Assembly: GCF_006345805.1 (NCBI RefSeq)
Contig: NC_042998.1
Location: 17,918,001 to 17,982,000, forward strand
Direction of reading: 5' to 3'
Source: Octopus sinensis
Taxonomy: Eukaryota
Length of the DNA: 64,000 nt
Part shown: positions 13,744 to 28,130 of the stretch, piece by piece
How positions within the stretch are numbered: position 1 is the first letter of the stretch
How the letters are laid out: the number at the start of each line of letters is the position of its first letter
Notes under the pieces: model-generated
Seen by the model: only the letters and a program-made list of their open reading frames with translations
What the model was told of the DNA's origin: nothing
The model's database searches: none
Program-made: the position numbers and the translations under genes

Positions 13744-14136
13744 TCATACGGACACATATGCCTGATCATATTGTGACGAAGTCAATGACCAGACTATTTG
13801 TCTGTCACACAGGGACCTAGAAAAGAACTGCACATATACGATCACAATCCTCCATGGCGCCCGTATAAATTCGGCTTGTAGCATCACTTCATTTTAAAAT
13901 ATAAACGTTGAAACAAGAAATAAGAAATATAGCAGTACTTTTTATGATATGACATTCAAACAAATGCTTCTACATGCATCCTGATACGAGATGTCCGTAT
14001 AGATATAAAATCACGATGGTATAATTTCCCCCAGTGTCAAACTTTGCAATAATTGTGAACCCAAGATTTATTAAGCAAATATTTTAAAACTAAAGATACC
14101 CCTATCAACAGACCTATCAAAAGTATATTCAATCAT

Positions 14137-14560
14137 AGGCGCAGGAGTGGCTGTGTGGTAAGTAGCTTGCCTACCAACCACATGGTTCTGGGTTCAGTCC
14201 CACTGTGTGGCATCTTGGGCAAGTGTCTTCTGCTATAGCCTCGGGCCGACCAATGCCTTGTGAGTGGATTTGGGAGACGGAAACTGAAAGAAGCCTGTCG
14301 TATATATGTATATATATGTATGTATGTGTATGTATATGTTTGTGTATCTGTGTGTTTGTCCCTCTAGCATTGCTTGACAACCGATGCTGGTGTGTTTACG
14401 TCCCCGTCAATTAGTGGTTCGGCAAAAGAGACCGATAGAATAAGTACTGGGCTTACAAAGAATAAGTTCCGGGGTCGATTTGCTCGACTAAAGGCGGTGC
14501 TCCAGCATGGCCGCAGTCAAATGACTGAAACAAGTAAAAGAGTAAAAGAGTAAAAGAGTA
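14137..14560 (+). mobile_element. SINE family A, full length
   Basis: ggcgcaggagtggctgtgtgg (A box) ... ggttcagtccc (B box) ... cttgggcaagtgtctt (CORE-like) ... tail. Confidence 0.92.
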
Positions 14561-14911
14561 AATCATATCGATAAAGCAAGCGCTGCCTCCTACAAAAACC
14601 CACATATAAAGCATGTGTACTATTCCAAAAATCCACATTGGCTAAGGGATGGGTGAACGCCTATTTTTCAGAAAAATCTTGAAGTCATTCTCAGTAAAAT
14701 TAGACTCTGTAATTGTATTCAGTCGCTTCTGCAATTAGTGTTCATTGTTTTTTTATGCTCTAAAAATCGCTTATTTCGAGTTACACGTGTGTGCCTGAAT
14801 GTGTGTGTATGTGTATGTGTGTGTGTGCGTGCGTGCGTGTGTGTACACGCGATGAGTATGTATATCTCTTAATGGCGTTTGTGATATCCTGAATGATGAA
14901 AAACAAATATA

Positions 14912-15748
14912 CGTGGTCTGATTAATAAGTATCCGGACTGTTGTCATAGTAACGAACTGTTAAAGTACGCAGAGTAAAGCTACTGGGCAAAGATTGACCT
15001 TGAACTATGCCGTGCGTGCGCACTAAGTTTTAACGCTCCAACTCACCTCCGTTGTTTACAACAGTGCTTAGATGTAAGGTACATTGCGTGTGATCGTCGC
15101 ATTGAAAACGAGAGAGAAAGTTGAGCAGAGAATCTGCATCAAATTTTGCCAAAAGCTTGGCGATACCTGCTCAGAGATCTACGTAAAGTTTTCAAAAAGT
15201 TTTCATGATTCTCGTTCAATCAAGGAGATCTTGTGCAACTGAAACTCGAGTGGGTTTTTGATCAGCTGAAAGCAGTTTAGACACAAACTTGACAAACACG
15301 CGTCTCATACCTAAACCTTTAGCGATAATAGACTGAACTGAACTGTACCTAATCTGCAAATCCTCTGATAACTTACGAAGGGTGATTTGACGATTTCCGT
15401 TCAAAGCTGCACGCACATCTGCGATGCATTTCTCAGTCCTGCTGATTGGAGGTCTCCCAGAACGGTCGTCAATATCGACATTTTTCGGCCATCTTGGAAA
15501 CATCTGAATCAATCATACACTCCTCTCCATACACTTTCTGAAACTTTGCGTAGACCTCTGAACCGGTATCGCCAGGACAATTTTCACTGTCATGGTCAAT
15601 GCGACGTTCACATCCTACACATGTTTCGAAGCTGTAAACAGCAGAAGTGAGCTAGAACGTAAAACATAGTGCGTTTCAAGCGACTGCACTCTGTGTGCTT
15701 TAGTTTCGTTACATGGCAACAGTACGGATACTTATTGCTCAGACCTCA
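14912..15748. mobile_element. Non-autonomous mariner derivative made of two convergent 5' ends
   Basis: TA-flanked TIRs cgtggtctgattaataagtatccggactgttg / caacagtacggatacttattgctcagacctca. Plus strand EKVEQRICIKFCQKLGDTCSE; minus strand DDRSGRPPIS...GMRRVFVKFVSKLLSADQK. Confidence 0.85.
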
Positions 15749-15764
15749 TATATATATTCCTCTA

Positions 15765-16112
15765 TTCTTTTACTTGTTTCAGTCATTTGACTACGGCCAA
15801 GCTGGAGTACCGCCTTAAAGAGTGTTAGTGGAAGAAAACGAGCCAAGACTTATTCTTTGTAAGATTAATACTTATTCTATCGGTCTCTTTATGAAGCGAT
15901 GGCGTGGGGAACAAACACAGACAGACACACATATGTATATACATACACGATGGGATTCTCCCAGTTTCCGTCAACCAGATCCACTCACGGGGCTTTGGTC
16001 TGTCCGAGGCTATAGTAGAAGGCACTTTCCCCAAAGTACCATGCAGCGTGACTGAACTCGGAACCATGTGGGTGGGAAGTAAGCTACTTACCACACAGTC
16101 ATGTCTGCGCCT
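15765..16112 (-). mobile_element. SINE family A, diverged
   Basis: Reverse complement of the family sequence. Confidence 0.8.
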
Positions 16113-16243
16113 ATGTATGTATGTATGTATGTATGTATGTATGTATGTATGTATGTATTATGTATGTATGTATGTATGTATGTATATATGTATATATGTA
16201 TGTATGATATATATATATATATATATATAATAATATATATATA

Positions 16244-16292
<49 letters not shown>

Positions 16293-16339
16293 GTATGTAT
16301 ATGTACACAACAAACACACACACGTATATATATATGAAA

Positions 16340-16710
16340 GCTTGATTTGCAACCGCTTGGATTCGGGTTCAGCTCAGCAGCGCATGCACCATGGGCGATC
16401 AATGCCTTGTGATTTAACTGGCTGACGGGAACCGTGGAGAAGACCGTCGTATATATCTATATATATATATATATATAATTATATATATATATATATATAT
16501 AATATATATATATATTGTGTGTGTGTGCGTGCGTGTGTGTGTGTGGTGTTGTGTGTGGTGGCGTGTGTGATCATTGTTGGTTTCATCTGTGTCCCTTTTA
16601 ATTAGCGGCTCGGCACAACACAGACAGAATAGCACCAGTCCTTGAAATATAATTACAGACGTCCTCACGCGGGTTCACAGTCCAACGACTGAAATTAGTA
16701 AAAAGTAAAC
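16340..16710 (+). mobile_element. Old diverged SINE A-like copy
   Basis: gggttcagctcagcagcg...ccttgtga...gacggg...ccgtcgtatata...gactgaaattagtaaaa. Confidence 0.6.
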
Positions 16711-17218
16711 GGTGTAAGGATGTATGTATGCATGTATGCATGTAGGTAGGTAGGTATGTATATATACGTATGTATTTATATATATATGTGTGTGTGCGCT
16801 GTATGTATGTATGTATGTATGCATGTATGTTTGTATACATTTATATAATCGCGTATGCTCACGCGCGTGTGTATGCATTTTGCCATTTGTTAGGGAAGAG
16901 ACAAATAAATCTTGATGTCAAATACCAGACGCTATCAAAGAAACGTCGCGATAATTTCAAAATTTAAGAATGAATTTCACATAAAATTTGATTATCATAC
17001 ATAGATGGTGACACTGAGCTTCATTAGCAGGAAATGTGTGAGCAACGTACAAGTTTTAATTTCATTAGACGAGATTTCGTCAAAGTGTCTTCTATCAGAG
17101 AACCAAAATTTATACACGGAGAAAGAGAAAAGATTTTTGCCAGCAGTAATGTTCATTATTATAAAATGTAAGTTGAGTGATATAACTGAAATGGTTTGAA
17201 CGCCTGAAACTATATATA

Positions 17219-17576
17219 CTAGCAGTATCGCCCGGCGTTGCTCGGGTTTGTTTCAACCCGCTGGAATTGTAATTTTGAAAAGTAAAAATTTTGTGAACAT
17301 TTTTCTGGTCGAAATACATCGAAAAGTGGCGACACAGCAGTGAAAAAATCGTAAAAAATAGGGATTTTCATAGAAAAAAGCAGCTTTTTGCTGTAAATAA
17401 TTTTTGGTGTTAACATGGTCCGATTTGAATTTTATGTTCTACGGAAGGAAGAGCAACCCTTCTTCTATCATACTTTCAATTTTGGTCAACTTCCGCCGCA
17501 GGGTCTCGGAGGAGATAGTGTTAGTTGAAGGTTACCAAACGTGGCGCACACAGACAACTTTAGCTTTATATAGAGA
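17219..17576 (-). mobile_element. Non-autonomous Helitron
   Basis: The minus strand starts TC(tctatataaagc) and ends with hairpin cccgagcaacgccggg plus CTAG, inserted between A and T. Confidence 0.85.
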
Positions 17577-17644
17577 TAACACACACAGATTAATACACAT
17601 ACATAGACACACACACACATGTATGTATGGATGTATATAGGGTA

Positions 17645-19373
17645 CTTGTATCACAGAGTGGTCCCGGTGCGCACACGCGGATTCGCGCGTGCGCGCGAGC
17701 CAGACGTAGGTACTCGATACTCGATAACCCTTAAATAATACTTTTTTTTACAGAAACGCGAACGTATATAACGCGCAAAATTTTCGTAGAATTTATCAAA
17801 TTAAATAACGCAAAATTATATATTTTTTGAAATTGCAAATTATTTAGAATATAAAAATCTGGCTGCTATTTCTAGGTGCCTGAGTAACAACCTCGCGGAT
17901 TTACAGATAAATGAATTAATTACTATTTTACAGAATAAAATTAATGAATTAATTATAAAATTAAATAATTCTTGAAAATGAATTAATATTAATATTTTTT
18001 GAAGAAAGAAATAATTTTTAAAACTTAAATAATAATTTTTTTTTACACAAACGCGAACGGGGAAAAGGGGGTGGCGAATTCGATTTTTTTACTTTCGTTG
18101 AATGAATTGAATGAATAGAAAAAATGTATACTATATGTTGTACATACCTTAATTTTTTCTTCTTCATGACATTGTAGCAAAATAGTAGTGAATTATATAA
18201 ATACCAGCAGTACATTTTTTTTTTCTGGGGTATTTTTTTTCAACCTCGTCACGTATTTGCACCTTTCAATTTAAACAAAGTCTTAATTAAGCAATTGCGG
18301 CAGCTTATCAATGGTTTCAGTACAGGCGGGACATCTGTATCTCACTTGTTCAAAACCCTTCGAATTTTTTCGCACGTGATGATATCATAGTGAAAACTTT
18401 CAATTACGCGCGCTTAGAAGTACGCTCGCAAATTAATACTACCAAAATTTTGAAGTTCGCGCTCCGCTTGTGTGTGTGTGTGTGTGCGTGCTTTAGGTGT
18501 ACGTAGGTATGTGTTTTTTTGTGTGTGTGTGTCACTGAAACCATACATACATATATACATACATAACCTCTCTCTCTCTTTTCTCTCTCAGTCACTCACT
18601 ACAAAAAGTGAATAAAAAAAGTTCAGTTATTTCTGTCTTTCACTCTCTCTGTCTCTTTACACACACTAACAAAAGCACTTCACTTACACACCACACTTTC
18701 TGTGTCGCACAACCCATCAAACACACACACACACACTCTCTCACGCACGCACACATGTACATCAATGCTTTCGGAGTGAAATGTTAAAATATTGAGTTTT
18801 CTCGAATTTTGTCTTAATTGGGGGTGAAATTGAAAGAAATTGTTTTATGGCATGACCGAATGGAGTACTTTGAAAAATCTTAGGTAAACTCTAATTGAAG
18901 AAATTGTGTGAGGAGTAAATCGTTATGTATTTATTTGTTTCTGTTTGCTGTGTTTTTTTTTGAGTAGTGGTTTAAGGTACACTTGCAAAGAGAAAGTGGG
19001 AGAAATTATGTTGATAGCATGAGTGATCCGTTTTATAGAAATACTTTCAGTTTAATCGTTGCACACTTGCAAAGAGAAAGTCGTAGAAATGAGAGTGATA
19101 GCGTGAGTGAATCAGATCGCTCCCTTTTTGTGTGTGCGTGTGTGCGAGTCCTGTAGCCCACACTAAGAAAAGCATTTGACTTATATACCACAATGTGACT
19201 TTTCTCTAAATTTTGCTTAATTGGGGTTGAAATTTTAAAAACTGGACCTGGCACGACCCGATGCATTCTACTCTTAAAAATGCTAGGTAAATTGTAATTG
19301 AAGAAATCTTATATTGTAGATTTCTATAAGATACAAAGGGAGGCAGATAAAATCTGCCTTTTATAATAAGAGA
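17645..19373 (-). mobile_element. Larger non-autonomous Helitron-like element
   Basis: Minus-strand 5' TCTCTTATTATAAAAGGCAG after an A. GC-rich subterminal stem near 17660-17700 with a decayed CTAG. Internal duplication 18800-18905 / 19202-19308. Confidence 0.5.
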
Positions 19374-19458
19374 TATATATATATATTAATAAATAAAATA
19401 AAACATATGCATATATATAAACATATATGTACGTACCTACCTCTACATGTACAGGAAT

Positions 19459-19841
19459 GGAAGCACTCCGTCGGTTACGACGACGAGGGTTCCGGTTGAT
19501 CCGATTAACGGAACAGCCTGCTCGTGAAATTAACGTGTAAGTGGCTGAGCACTCCACAGACACGTGTACCCTTTACGTAGTTCTCGGGGATATTCAGCGT
19601 GACACAGAGAGTGACAAGGCCGGCCCTTTGAAATACAGGAACAACAGAAACAGGAAGTAAGAGTGAGAGAAAGTTGTGGTGAAAGAGTACAGCAGGGATC
19701 ACCACCATCCCTGCCGGAGCCTCGTGGAGCTTTTAGGTGTTTTCGCTCACTAAACACTCACAACGTCTGGTCTGGGAATCGAAACCGAGATCCTACGACC
19801 GCGAGTTCACTGCCCTAACCACTGGGCCATTGCGCCTCCAC
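19459..19841 (-). mobile_element. SINE family C
   Basis: Matches 3602-3983. Confidence 0.9.
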
Positions 19842-20060
19842 GGTGATTAGTATATTATACCAAACAAGTATGACATTGTAACTAGTACAATGCTTTTGCT
19901 AATTAGTTTTTAGGAAATTAGTATACATAAACCACAGCTCGAAGACGGTCGTGATTTTGACCCCGCGGATCAACGATTACCTAAATGCTAGAGCAGACTG
20001 AACGATACTCGTATAGTTCACTGGAATGTATTTTTAATTGAGTAACGTGGAATAATACAT

Positions 20061-20442
20061 GGATCTTTTCACTTTGACAGGCAGATTTTTAAAATAATTT
20101 CTTTCTAACTAAACACTTTTAAACAATATCTGCTGTATTTTGTCAACAGCATTTTCTGGTGGTGTCATATCAATTTTTTTCACTATTATATATGAGAAAA
20201 AAGATACCCTGTTGTTGACAAAATACGGCAGATATTGTATTCACCTCAATAGACTCATTGATTGGTTGAAATTGCCGAAATGCAAAAAATTAAACAACAA
20301 ATAGCTTACAAACTACAGAATTTTCTCAAGAAAGCCAAGAGTAAAAGATGTTTTATGTAACACACTACCAGTATACGAAGTTTAAAAGTGTTTAGTTACA
20401 AAAAAATTATTTTAAAAATCTGCCGGTCAAAGTGAAAGATCC
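20061..20442. mobile_element. MITE with ~60-bp TIRs
   Basis: ggatcttttcactttgacaggcagatttttaaaataattt...aattattttaaaaatctgccggtcaaagtgaaagatcc. A related half-copy lies at 61417-61620. Confidence 0.85.
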
Positions 20443-21114
20443 TAATATATTTTACTCGAAGACACAATGCGCCGCCCGCTTTAAGAATTGAACTCACAAC
20501 ACTATAATCATGAGCGTAACAGTTTAATCAGGTAGTCTCCCACGTGCCTGTGTGGATGTGCACATATATATGTTGCTGTGTCTATATGTATGTAAGGATA
20601 TTTATGCGTGTTTGTATACGCGCCTCTGTTCACCCGTTTCTGTGCATTTCTGCTCTGTTTGATTTTGTTTGCTGAGAATCTGAATTCAAAGATGGAAAAT
20701 ATCTTTTAGGGATAGAGTAATAGAATGTTGAAAAAAATCAATTGTAAAGTGAAAGAGCCGAGCTAAAAAGAGAAAGAAGAAAGTGAAAGAGACAACAGAC
20801 AGAAAAACTAGCTTTCTGAGAATATCACAATGTTGAGCAGACGACAGTGTGCATCACGTGACCAAACTGAAAGTGCAGACGACATGTCTCGCAACTGGCA
20901 GAGAAGAGAAAATACAGTATTAGTTTTTTCTTCCTTTTACTCGCATACATACTTGCTCACCATTATCAGTTCCCCTACAAACACATGTAAGATGCATGCA
21001 AAACAGCTCGTGTCTGAAAACCTGAGATAAGTTTAACGTACTTAAACTACAGCAGCTTTACCTTTTGTTCCGGAATTGTTGACAGATGTGAATGCATCAT
21101 ATTATATTCGTAAA

Positions 21115-21136
21115 GAAACATACATACATGCATACA

Positions 21137-21182
<46 letters not shown>

Positions 21183-21815
21183 TATATATATATATACATA
21201 TATAATATATATACATATATATATATATATCATATATATACACCATATATGCGTATATATATATTATATATATATTATATATATATACGCATATATGTGT
21301 GTACATATATAGATATCTATATGTATGTATATAATATATAATAATATATTATATATATATATATGTATTATATATATATGCTCATACATATATATAATAT
21401 AGATAACAATACATATAATATATATATATACACATACATATATAATACACATACACACATATATATATATATATATACCAGATATACATATAAATATATA
21501 TATGCATGCATAAAAACAGATGCGCGCACACACATGTACATTAACATAAGCCTATACGTGTGTATATGCGTGTATGTATGTACCCACACGCAAACCTACA
21601 TGTGTATATATTTACACACACACACACATATTTAGACATATCGATATACCTACATATATATAGATATGTGTGTGTGTGTATGCGTGCGTGCGTGCGTGCG
21701 TGCGTGTGTGTGTGTGCGTGCGTGTGTATGTGTAATTATATACATACGTATACACACACACACGTACACATATGTATAAATGTAGATAGTGTATAGTGTA
21801 TGTCTGTATGCATGC

Positions 21816-21888
<73 letters not shown>

Positions 21889-22160
21889 GTTTGGTTATTG
21901 ATTTCACTTTCGTTTTTTGTAATAATAACAATTGAAGTAATTAAAAGTAAAAAAAAACAAACACAGACGAAAATCCAGAAAAAAAAACGAAATGCAAAAA
22001 CAAAAACTTATTGTACTATCGAAAGATAAGCAACATTTACCAATAAATCTTGTTCAAATGAAACAAGTCACATTGGTAGCAGCATCAGCATCGGAAGCAG
22101 CAGCAGCAGCAAAGAATGGAGTAAAATGCGCACAATATCTCAGCAACCCCAACTGCCTAT

Positions 22161-22250
<90 letters not shown>

Positions 22251-22285
22251 GTGTGTGTATATATATATATATTATATATATTGTT

Positions 22286-22324
<39 letters not shown>

Positions 22325-22526
22325 ATAGATGTGTGTGGTGTATATATATATAGATATATATGTGTGTGTGTGGTGTATATATATATCTATGTATATATAT
22401 ATTTTATATAATGTATATATTATATATATATATATGTTTATATATATAATGTATATATATATGTATGTATCTAGATACACACACAACCATGTGCATGTGC
22501 GTATCTAGATACATACATACATACAT

Positions 22527-22572
<46 letters not shown>

Positions 22573-22680
22573 TGTTTTATGTGTGTATGTATGTATCTAG
22601 ATGCACACACACAACCATGTACATGTGCGTGTGTGTGTGTGGTAGCATACTTACGCAAGTGCATGTTTGCGTGGGTGTAT
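21115..22680. repeat. Compound (TA)n/(TG)n/(CA)n microsatellite field, interrupted by unique sequence at ~21885-22160
   Basis: Direct reading. Confidence 0.9.
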
Positions 22681-22964
22681 ATGATTTTGAGGCTTATGTA
22701 AATCAATAGTTAGGAATAATAGTAAAAGAAAAAAAAATATATATATACTGCAGTGAAAGCAACAGTAAAAATTTTTGATGCAGTGTGTCAGCATCACAAG
22801 CAGCAGCAGCAGCAACAGTTGCAGCAGCAACAGTTGCAGCAGCAACAAGGCAACTGCAGTCGATATATAGCAGTAGTTTCTGCAACCAGCAGTGGATTGG
22901 AGTTGCAGCGAAGAAGAATAAAGTTTAAAGCAGCTGCGGCTGGAACAGATACAACAAAACGGTG

Positions 22965-22965
22965 C

Positions 22966-23009
<44 letters not shown>

Positions 23010-23262
23010 AAGCTGGTGTAGTTGTAGTAGTAGCCAGTAGTAAGCACAAGAATATCCAGGAACAACGGCAACAACAACAACAAACACAACAAACAACACA
23101 ACAACAACAAAAGCTGGTGTAGTTGTAGTAGTAGCAGTAGTAGGTCACAAGAATATCCAGGAACAACTGCAACACAACAACAACAACACCACAACAACAA
23201 CAACAAACGGGTGTATTGTAGTAGTAGCTGTAGTAAGCACAAGCAATATCCAGAACAACTGC

Positions 23263-23297
<35 letters not shown>

Positions 23298-23480
23298 AAG
23301 CTGGTGTAGTTGTAGTAGTAGCAGTAGTAAGCACAAGAATATCCAGGAACAACTGCAACAACAACAACAACAACAACAACAACACAACACAACAACAAAA
23401 GCTGGTGTAGTTGTAGTAGTAGCAGTAGTAAGCACAAGAATATCCAGGAACAACTGCAACAACAACAACAACAACAACAA
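22965..23480. repeat. Compound minisatellite, ~5 units of 90-125 bp: (CAA)n-aaagctggtgtagttgtagtagtagcagtagtaagcacaagaatatccaggaacaactg
   Basis: Unit starts near 23009, 23110, 23206, 23297 and 23398. Confidence 0.9.
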
Positions 23481-24112
23481 TACCGATGTTAACAACAGAA
23501 AGAACGTGTTTGGCAGTAAGCACAGTAACATATTCGTTATTTTCGTGAAAGGCTTCCACGTTAAGCGCGCATGTCTGCACACATATACATATGCAGAGGA
23601 AAACGTGTAATAGATACGAACATCCAACCGTCCTTTCCACGATCCATATATCCGTTCTCCCTTCTCACCGTTCATGTAAAATTTTTCTCTTACAAGCATA
23701 TATATACAAATGTATAAAACTGTATAGACACATACATACATGCGTGGACATACAGAAATACGTATATATATGCAATTAGACATATGCTTATGTACACGTT
23801 TGCATTCAGAAATTATTGTACACATCCATTGGGAAGCTTTACTGAAAGTTATATACGATATTTGCATAGCTTCTTAATAATGTCGCCCGCCATTCTCTGA
23901 AAATATGAAAAGACTAGCACACACACACACTCACACACGCACACACACACATACCATACATAATATATATATATATACATATTATCTATATATATATATA
24001 TATATATTATAAATATACATATATATATAAATATATACATATATATATACTACATATATACATATATACATATTATATTATATACACATATATAAATAAC
24101 GCACATATATAT

Positions 24113-24180
<68 letters not shown>

Positions 24181-24377
24181 TTATAATATTAGATATATAT
24201 TATATGCGTGTATGTGTGTGTGTGTGTGTGTGTAAAACAAGGGCCTGTTAAAGAACAGAGTAAAACCTGTGTTCTTCAATTCTCGAATCATTCAATCGAC
24301 AAAAACTGCCTTGATCTCTCAGACATTCTCCATTTTTTTTCCTTTTGAAATCTCATGAAAGTGTAAATGGAGAAGTT

Positions 24378-24382
24378 GATAA

Positions 24383-24480
<98 letters not shown>

Positions 24481-24514
24481 GGCTAGAGAGATAGATGGCT
24501 AGATAGATGGCTAG

Positions 24515-24557
<43 letters not shown>

Positions 24558-24589
24558 AGTAGATAGATAGATATGATAGATAGATAGGG

Positions 24590-24638
<49 letters not shown>

Positions 24639-24790
24639 GGATGGATAGAGAGATAGAATAGACGGCTATATAGATGGATATCTATATATATATATATATA
24701 TATATAATTATAAGAGATAGAGAGAGAGAGAGAGAAGATAGAGGATAGATGATAGATAGATAGATATACAGACATAGATAGATAGATGGA
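24378..24790. repeat. (GATA)n microsatellite
   Basis: Direct reading. Confidence 0.95.
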
Positions 24791-25621
24791 AAAATAGACA
24801 GATACACATAACTTATATATATATATACGTCTTTAGATGCAGGCATGCACCTACATGTACGTTTTTACATATGTATACACAGATACACATGAATGTAGAG
24901 ACTGATTTTGTTTGAACACCAACAAAAGAGATTCAACACTTAGTAAGTGATTTGTTTCTGTTATATATATTTTATTTTATTTTTTTTTTTAGCAAAGAAA
25001 CATTAAAATAAACAGTATGGTAGCATGCAATTTGATTGGGTGAAATGGGAACACTTCGTACACAGAATATCTATTTGAATTCGATCCAAAAATAAGTAAA
25101 TCAAAAGAAACTATAAATCCATGTATCTTAATTAGAAAAAGGGAGTGGAGAAGGATGCGATATTAAATGAAATCGTGAATGCTGAAACGGTGATTGAAAA
25201 GACTAAATCGTCTCTGCGGTGACATGACTGATCAAATGCTAACAAAGGTAGAGCAGGTGATGGTAATGACAATGATGCTGATGATGGAGATGAAAAATGA
25301 AGATTATGATAAAGATGAGGATATTAATAATAGTGTTTTTCAGTAGATGGTTTGAGGACAAGCATGATGTACAAATATCGATTTAAAAAAATAAAAGCAA
25401 TGATTTTGGGAAAACACCACATACATAAATACACACAAACACATACACAACACACACTCACACACACACACACACACTCACACACACATTGATAGTTATG
25501 TACATACATATATACTTGCGTATAGGAGGGTAAGTCAGAAACTAAGTCAACTTTTATTTGCACCATTTTCTAACTCAACCGTTTGTATAATACATGCGTG
25601 TGTATGTGAATATGTACCTAC

Positions 25622-25755
25622 TCTTTTTTTACTCTTTTACTTGTTTCAGTCATTTGACTGCGGCCATGCTGGAGCACCGCCTTTAGTCGAGCAAATCGAT
25701 CCCGGGACTTATTCTTTGTAAGCCCAGTACTTATTCTATCGGTCTCTTTTGCCGT
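25622..25755 (-). mobile_element. SINE family A 3' fragment
   Basis: Reverse complement of the family tail. Confidence 0.85.
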
Positions 25756-26099
25756 TATATATCCTACCTGTATATATATCCTATTATTATTTTTATTATT
25801 TTCATTGGATTTGTTATTGCATTTATATTTGTGTAACTTTGTCCGTTTTTTAGGTCCTTGTTTTTGTATACATTCGCTGCTTTCTTCAAAGGAATCTAAT
25901 TCCCTTGGCTTAGTTTTCCTTGGAACTGGCTAGATTTTTGCTATCTCAAGAATAATCAGCCGAAATTGCGATGATAATCTGGTGCTTGACTGAGGATGGA
26001 AGGCTTCGCATGAACCGTCCTTGTTTTCTTTGTATCGTCTATCTGGATGTTTTGTTGTCCCTTTTTGTATCACCTAGCTGTCCGGATGTTTTGCGATCT

Positions 26100-26368
26100 T
26101 GTTTACCGAGCATGGAGCTAGCCTTCCTGATTCTGGCCTCAATTTCTTTATCCATCTCCGCATCATTGAACACAACAGAATCAAGATAAATGAAAGAGGA
26201 AACAGTTTTTAATGTTTTCCCATCAACATATACAGTAGGGACAACAGCAGGAAAACAGTCACCACAAGCTCAGTTTTCTAGATGTTGATGGTCAGACCAA
26301 AAACCTTCGATGCATGAGAGAAGTTGTTTAGAATCCATTGCATATCCTGAGGAGCGTGTGCTACAAGT

Positions 26369-26370
<2 letters not shown>
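26100..26370 (-). pseudogene. RTE-clade LINE reverse transcriptase fragment
   Basis: [33 protein letters not shown]...DKEIEARIRKAS, the segment that follows the FADD motif in RTE RTs. Confidence 0.8.
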
Positions 26371-26408
<38 letters not shown>

Positions 26409-26409
26409 G

Positions 26410-26452
<43 letters not shown>

Positions 26453-27039
26453 ATACACACGCACCTGTACGTGATTAAATTTGTAAATAGAAATTTAAGG
26501 AAACCCACCCGCAAATCTATGAGAACCACGTTATTTGTTTTCCGTTCCTATTTATCTCTAGTTTTCCGACCTCTCTCTAGCTTTCTTTTACGTGAACTTA
26601 TGTGCGATCTTTGCCATCCTTCCTGTTCAATGATGACAACTTTTATTGCGCTTATTTGTCATTTCTTCCTCTCGTTCTTTGCTTTTAATCCTCGTCTCTG
26701 GTTTGCTACAATTTCCTGCTCCATCTTCTTGTCATAAATCCATTGCATGATGATGGAGTGGTGCTGCTAGGAGAAGGTCTTAACCTAAAAACCATCAATT
26801 TCTGCCACGAGTTGATTTTTAAAGCCATTGTTAGGGCGGCACTGATACAGTTGTAGGAGCAGCCGTCTCAGAGACCCTTACTGGTCATCAGAGTAAAGCC
26901 GTCAGCTCCTTTGTAAGATCATATGTGTTGAAACTTATCTTTTTGCTCTGAATAATATTGTGATAGTTTTCCAGCATTTATGACGTGGTACATCTCTAGC
27001 ATGACTGCGCACTTTTCAGAGCTAATATCTGAAACCCCA

Positions 27040-27465
27040 TTCGGTCATGACTGATCGTGGGATTGCACCGAGAAACTTACCCTCATAGGGACAAGTCCGG
27101 GCAATGCTGTTTATGGAAGACCAGCAGTCACCCATGCCTACCAGCCTCCCCTTTCCACGCCATCAGTGTTATCCAATGGAAAAGCAAAGGCCGATACAGC
27201 TTGGCACCTGTGACGTCGCAACTCATTTCTACAGCTGAGTGAACAGGAGCAACGTGAAATAAAGTGTCTTGCTCAAGAACACAACACGCATCCCGGTCCG
27301 GGATTCGAACTCAGAACCTCACGACCGTAAGCTTGACGCTCTAACCACTGAGCCATGCGCCTTCACATCTATATATATATAGCTGAGAATGTGTGTCCGG
27401 ATTTCGAACTCATAACCTCACGATCGTAAACTCGACGCTCTAACCACTAAGCCATGCGCCTTCAC
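27040..27465 (-). mobile_element. SINE family B plus a duplicated tRNA head (27396-27465)
   Basis: Matches 580-915. Confidence 0.88.
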
Positions 27466-28130
27466 CAGTGCTGATAAGAAACTACATATTTATGCAGAAT
27501 CCGCCCGAAAACATAGCCACCTGGGTATATACAACCACTTCTCAGTATATTGCATTGGTAAGAATGAGCCAAATTCAATGCTGCTGTAAATGTGTTCCTA
27601 GTTGTGCGCTTTTAAACCACAGCCTCGTTGTATTGTTCAATGAAAGTCGGTGAGCAATTATGTGATACATCAAATCATTCTCGCTTCTATCTTATAGTCT
27701 TTTGCGGGCATTTTAAGAACTGTCCACTTTTTTCTTTGGTCTTTATTCGATAAAATTGTTACAGTACGAGACAAGACGTATTTTTCTATGATGGATGACG
27801 TTTATTCAGAATTTCAGTTTTTTTTATATCATTAACATTTTTTTCTGTCTGTTCTCGACTTTCTTTTCAAATCCATGCTCTTTAGAATAAATTCAAAAAT
27901 ATACAAATTCTAGAGGTATGTATGCCATTATTATGAAGTTATTCTGTGCACAAAAGAAATAGTAAAAAAATGAAATATATATATATATGAATATCTTCCT
28001 GAGGAAGAAGAGAATATCAATGACTTCCCACATAGTCAACTGGAAGCAAAATTGCATAGATAAGCTGACTGCCATAAGCAAGATGGATCAATCAGTAAGC
28101 CAAAAGGAAATTGTAAAAATAAAATAAACT

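Noticed and set aside
20690-21080. Unique segment with a TCACGTGAC E-box as promoter or first exon
   Set aside because: A single short motif, with no splice or ORF support
22651-23640. 329-aa ORF, the longest in the window
   Set aside because: It is produced by a stop-free trinucleotide minisatellite and has low complexity in all frames
25948-26025. GAAA...CTGAGGA as a type II hammerhead (also 4667-4715 and 9988-10005)
   Set aside because: I could not find consistent stems or a valid cleavage triplet
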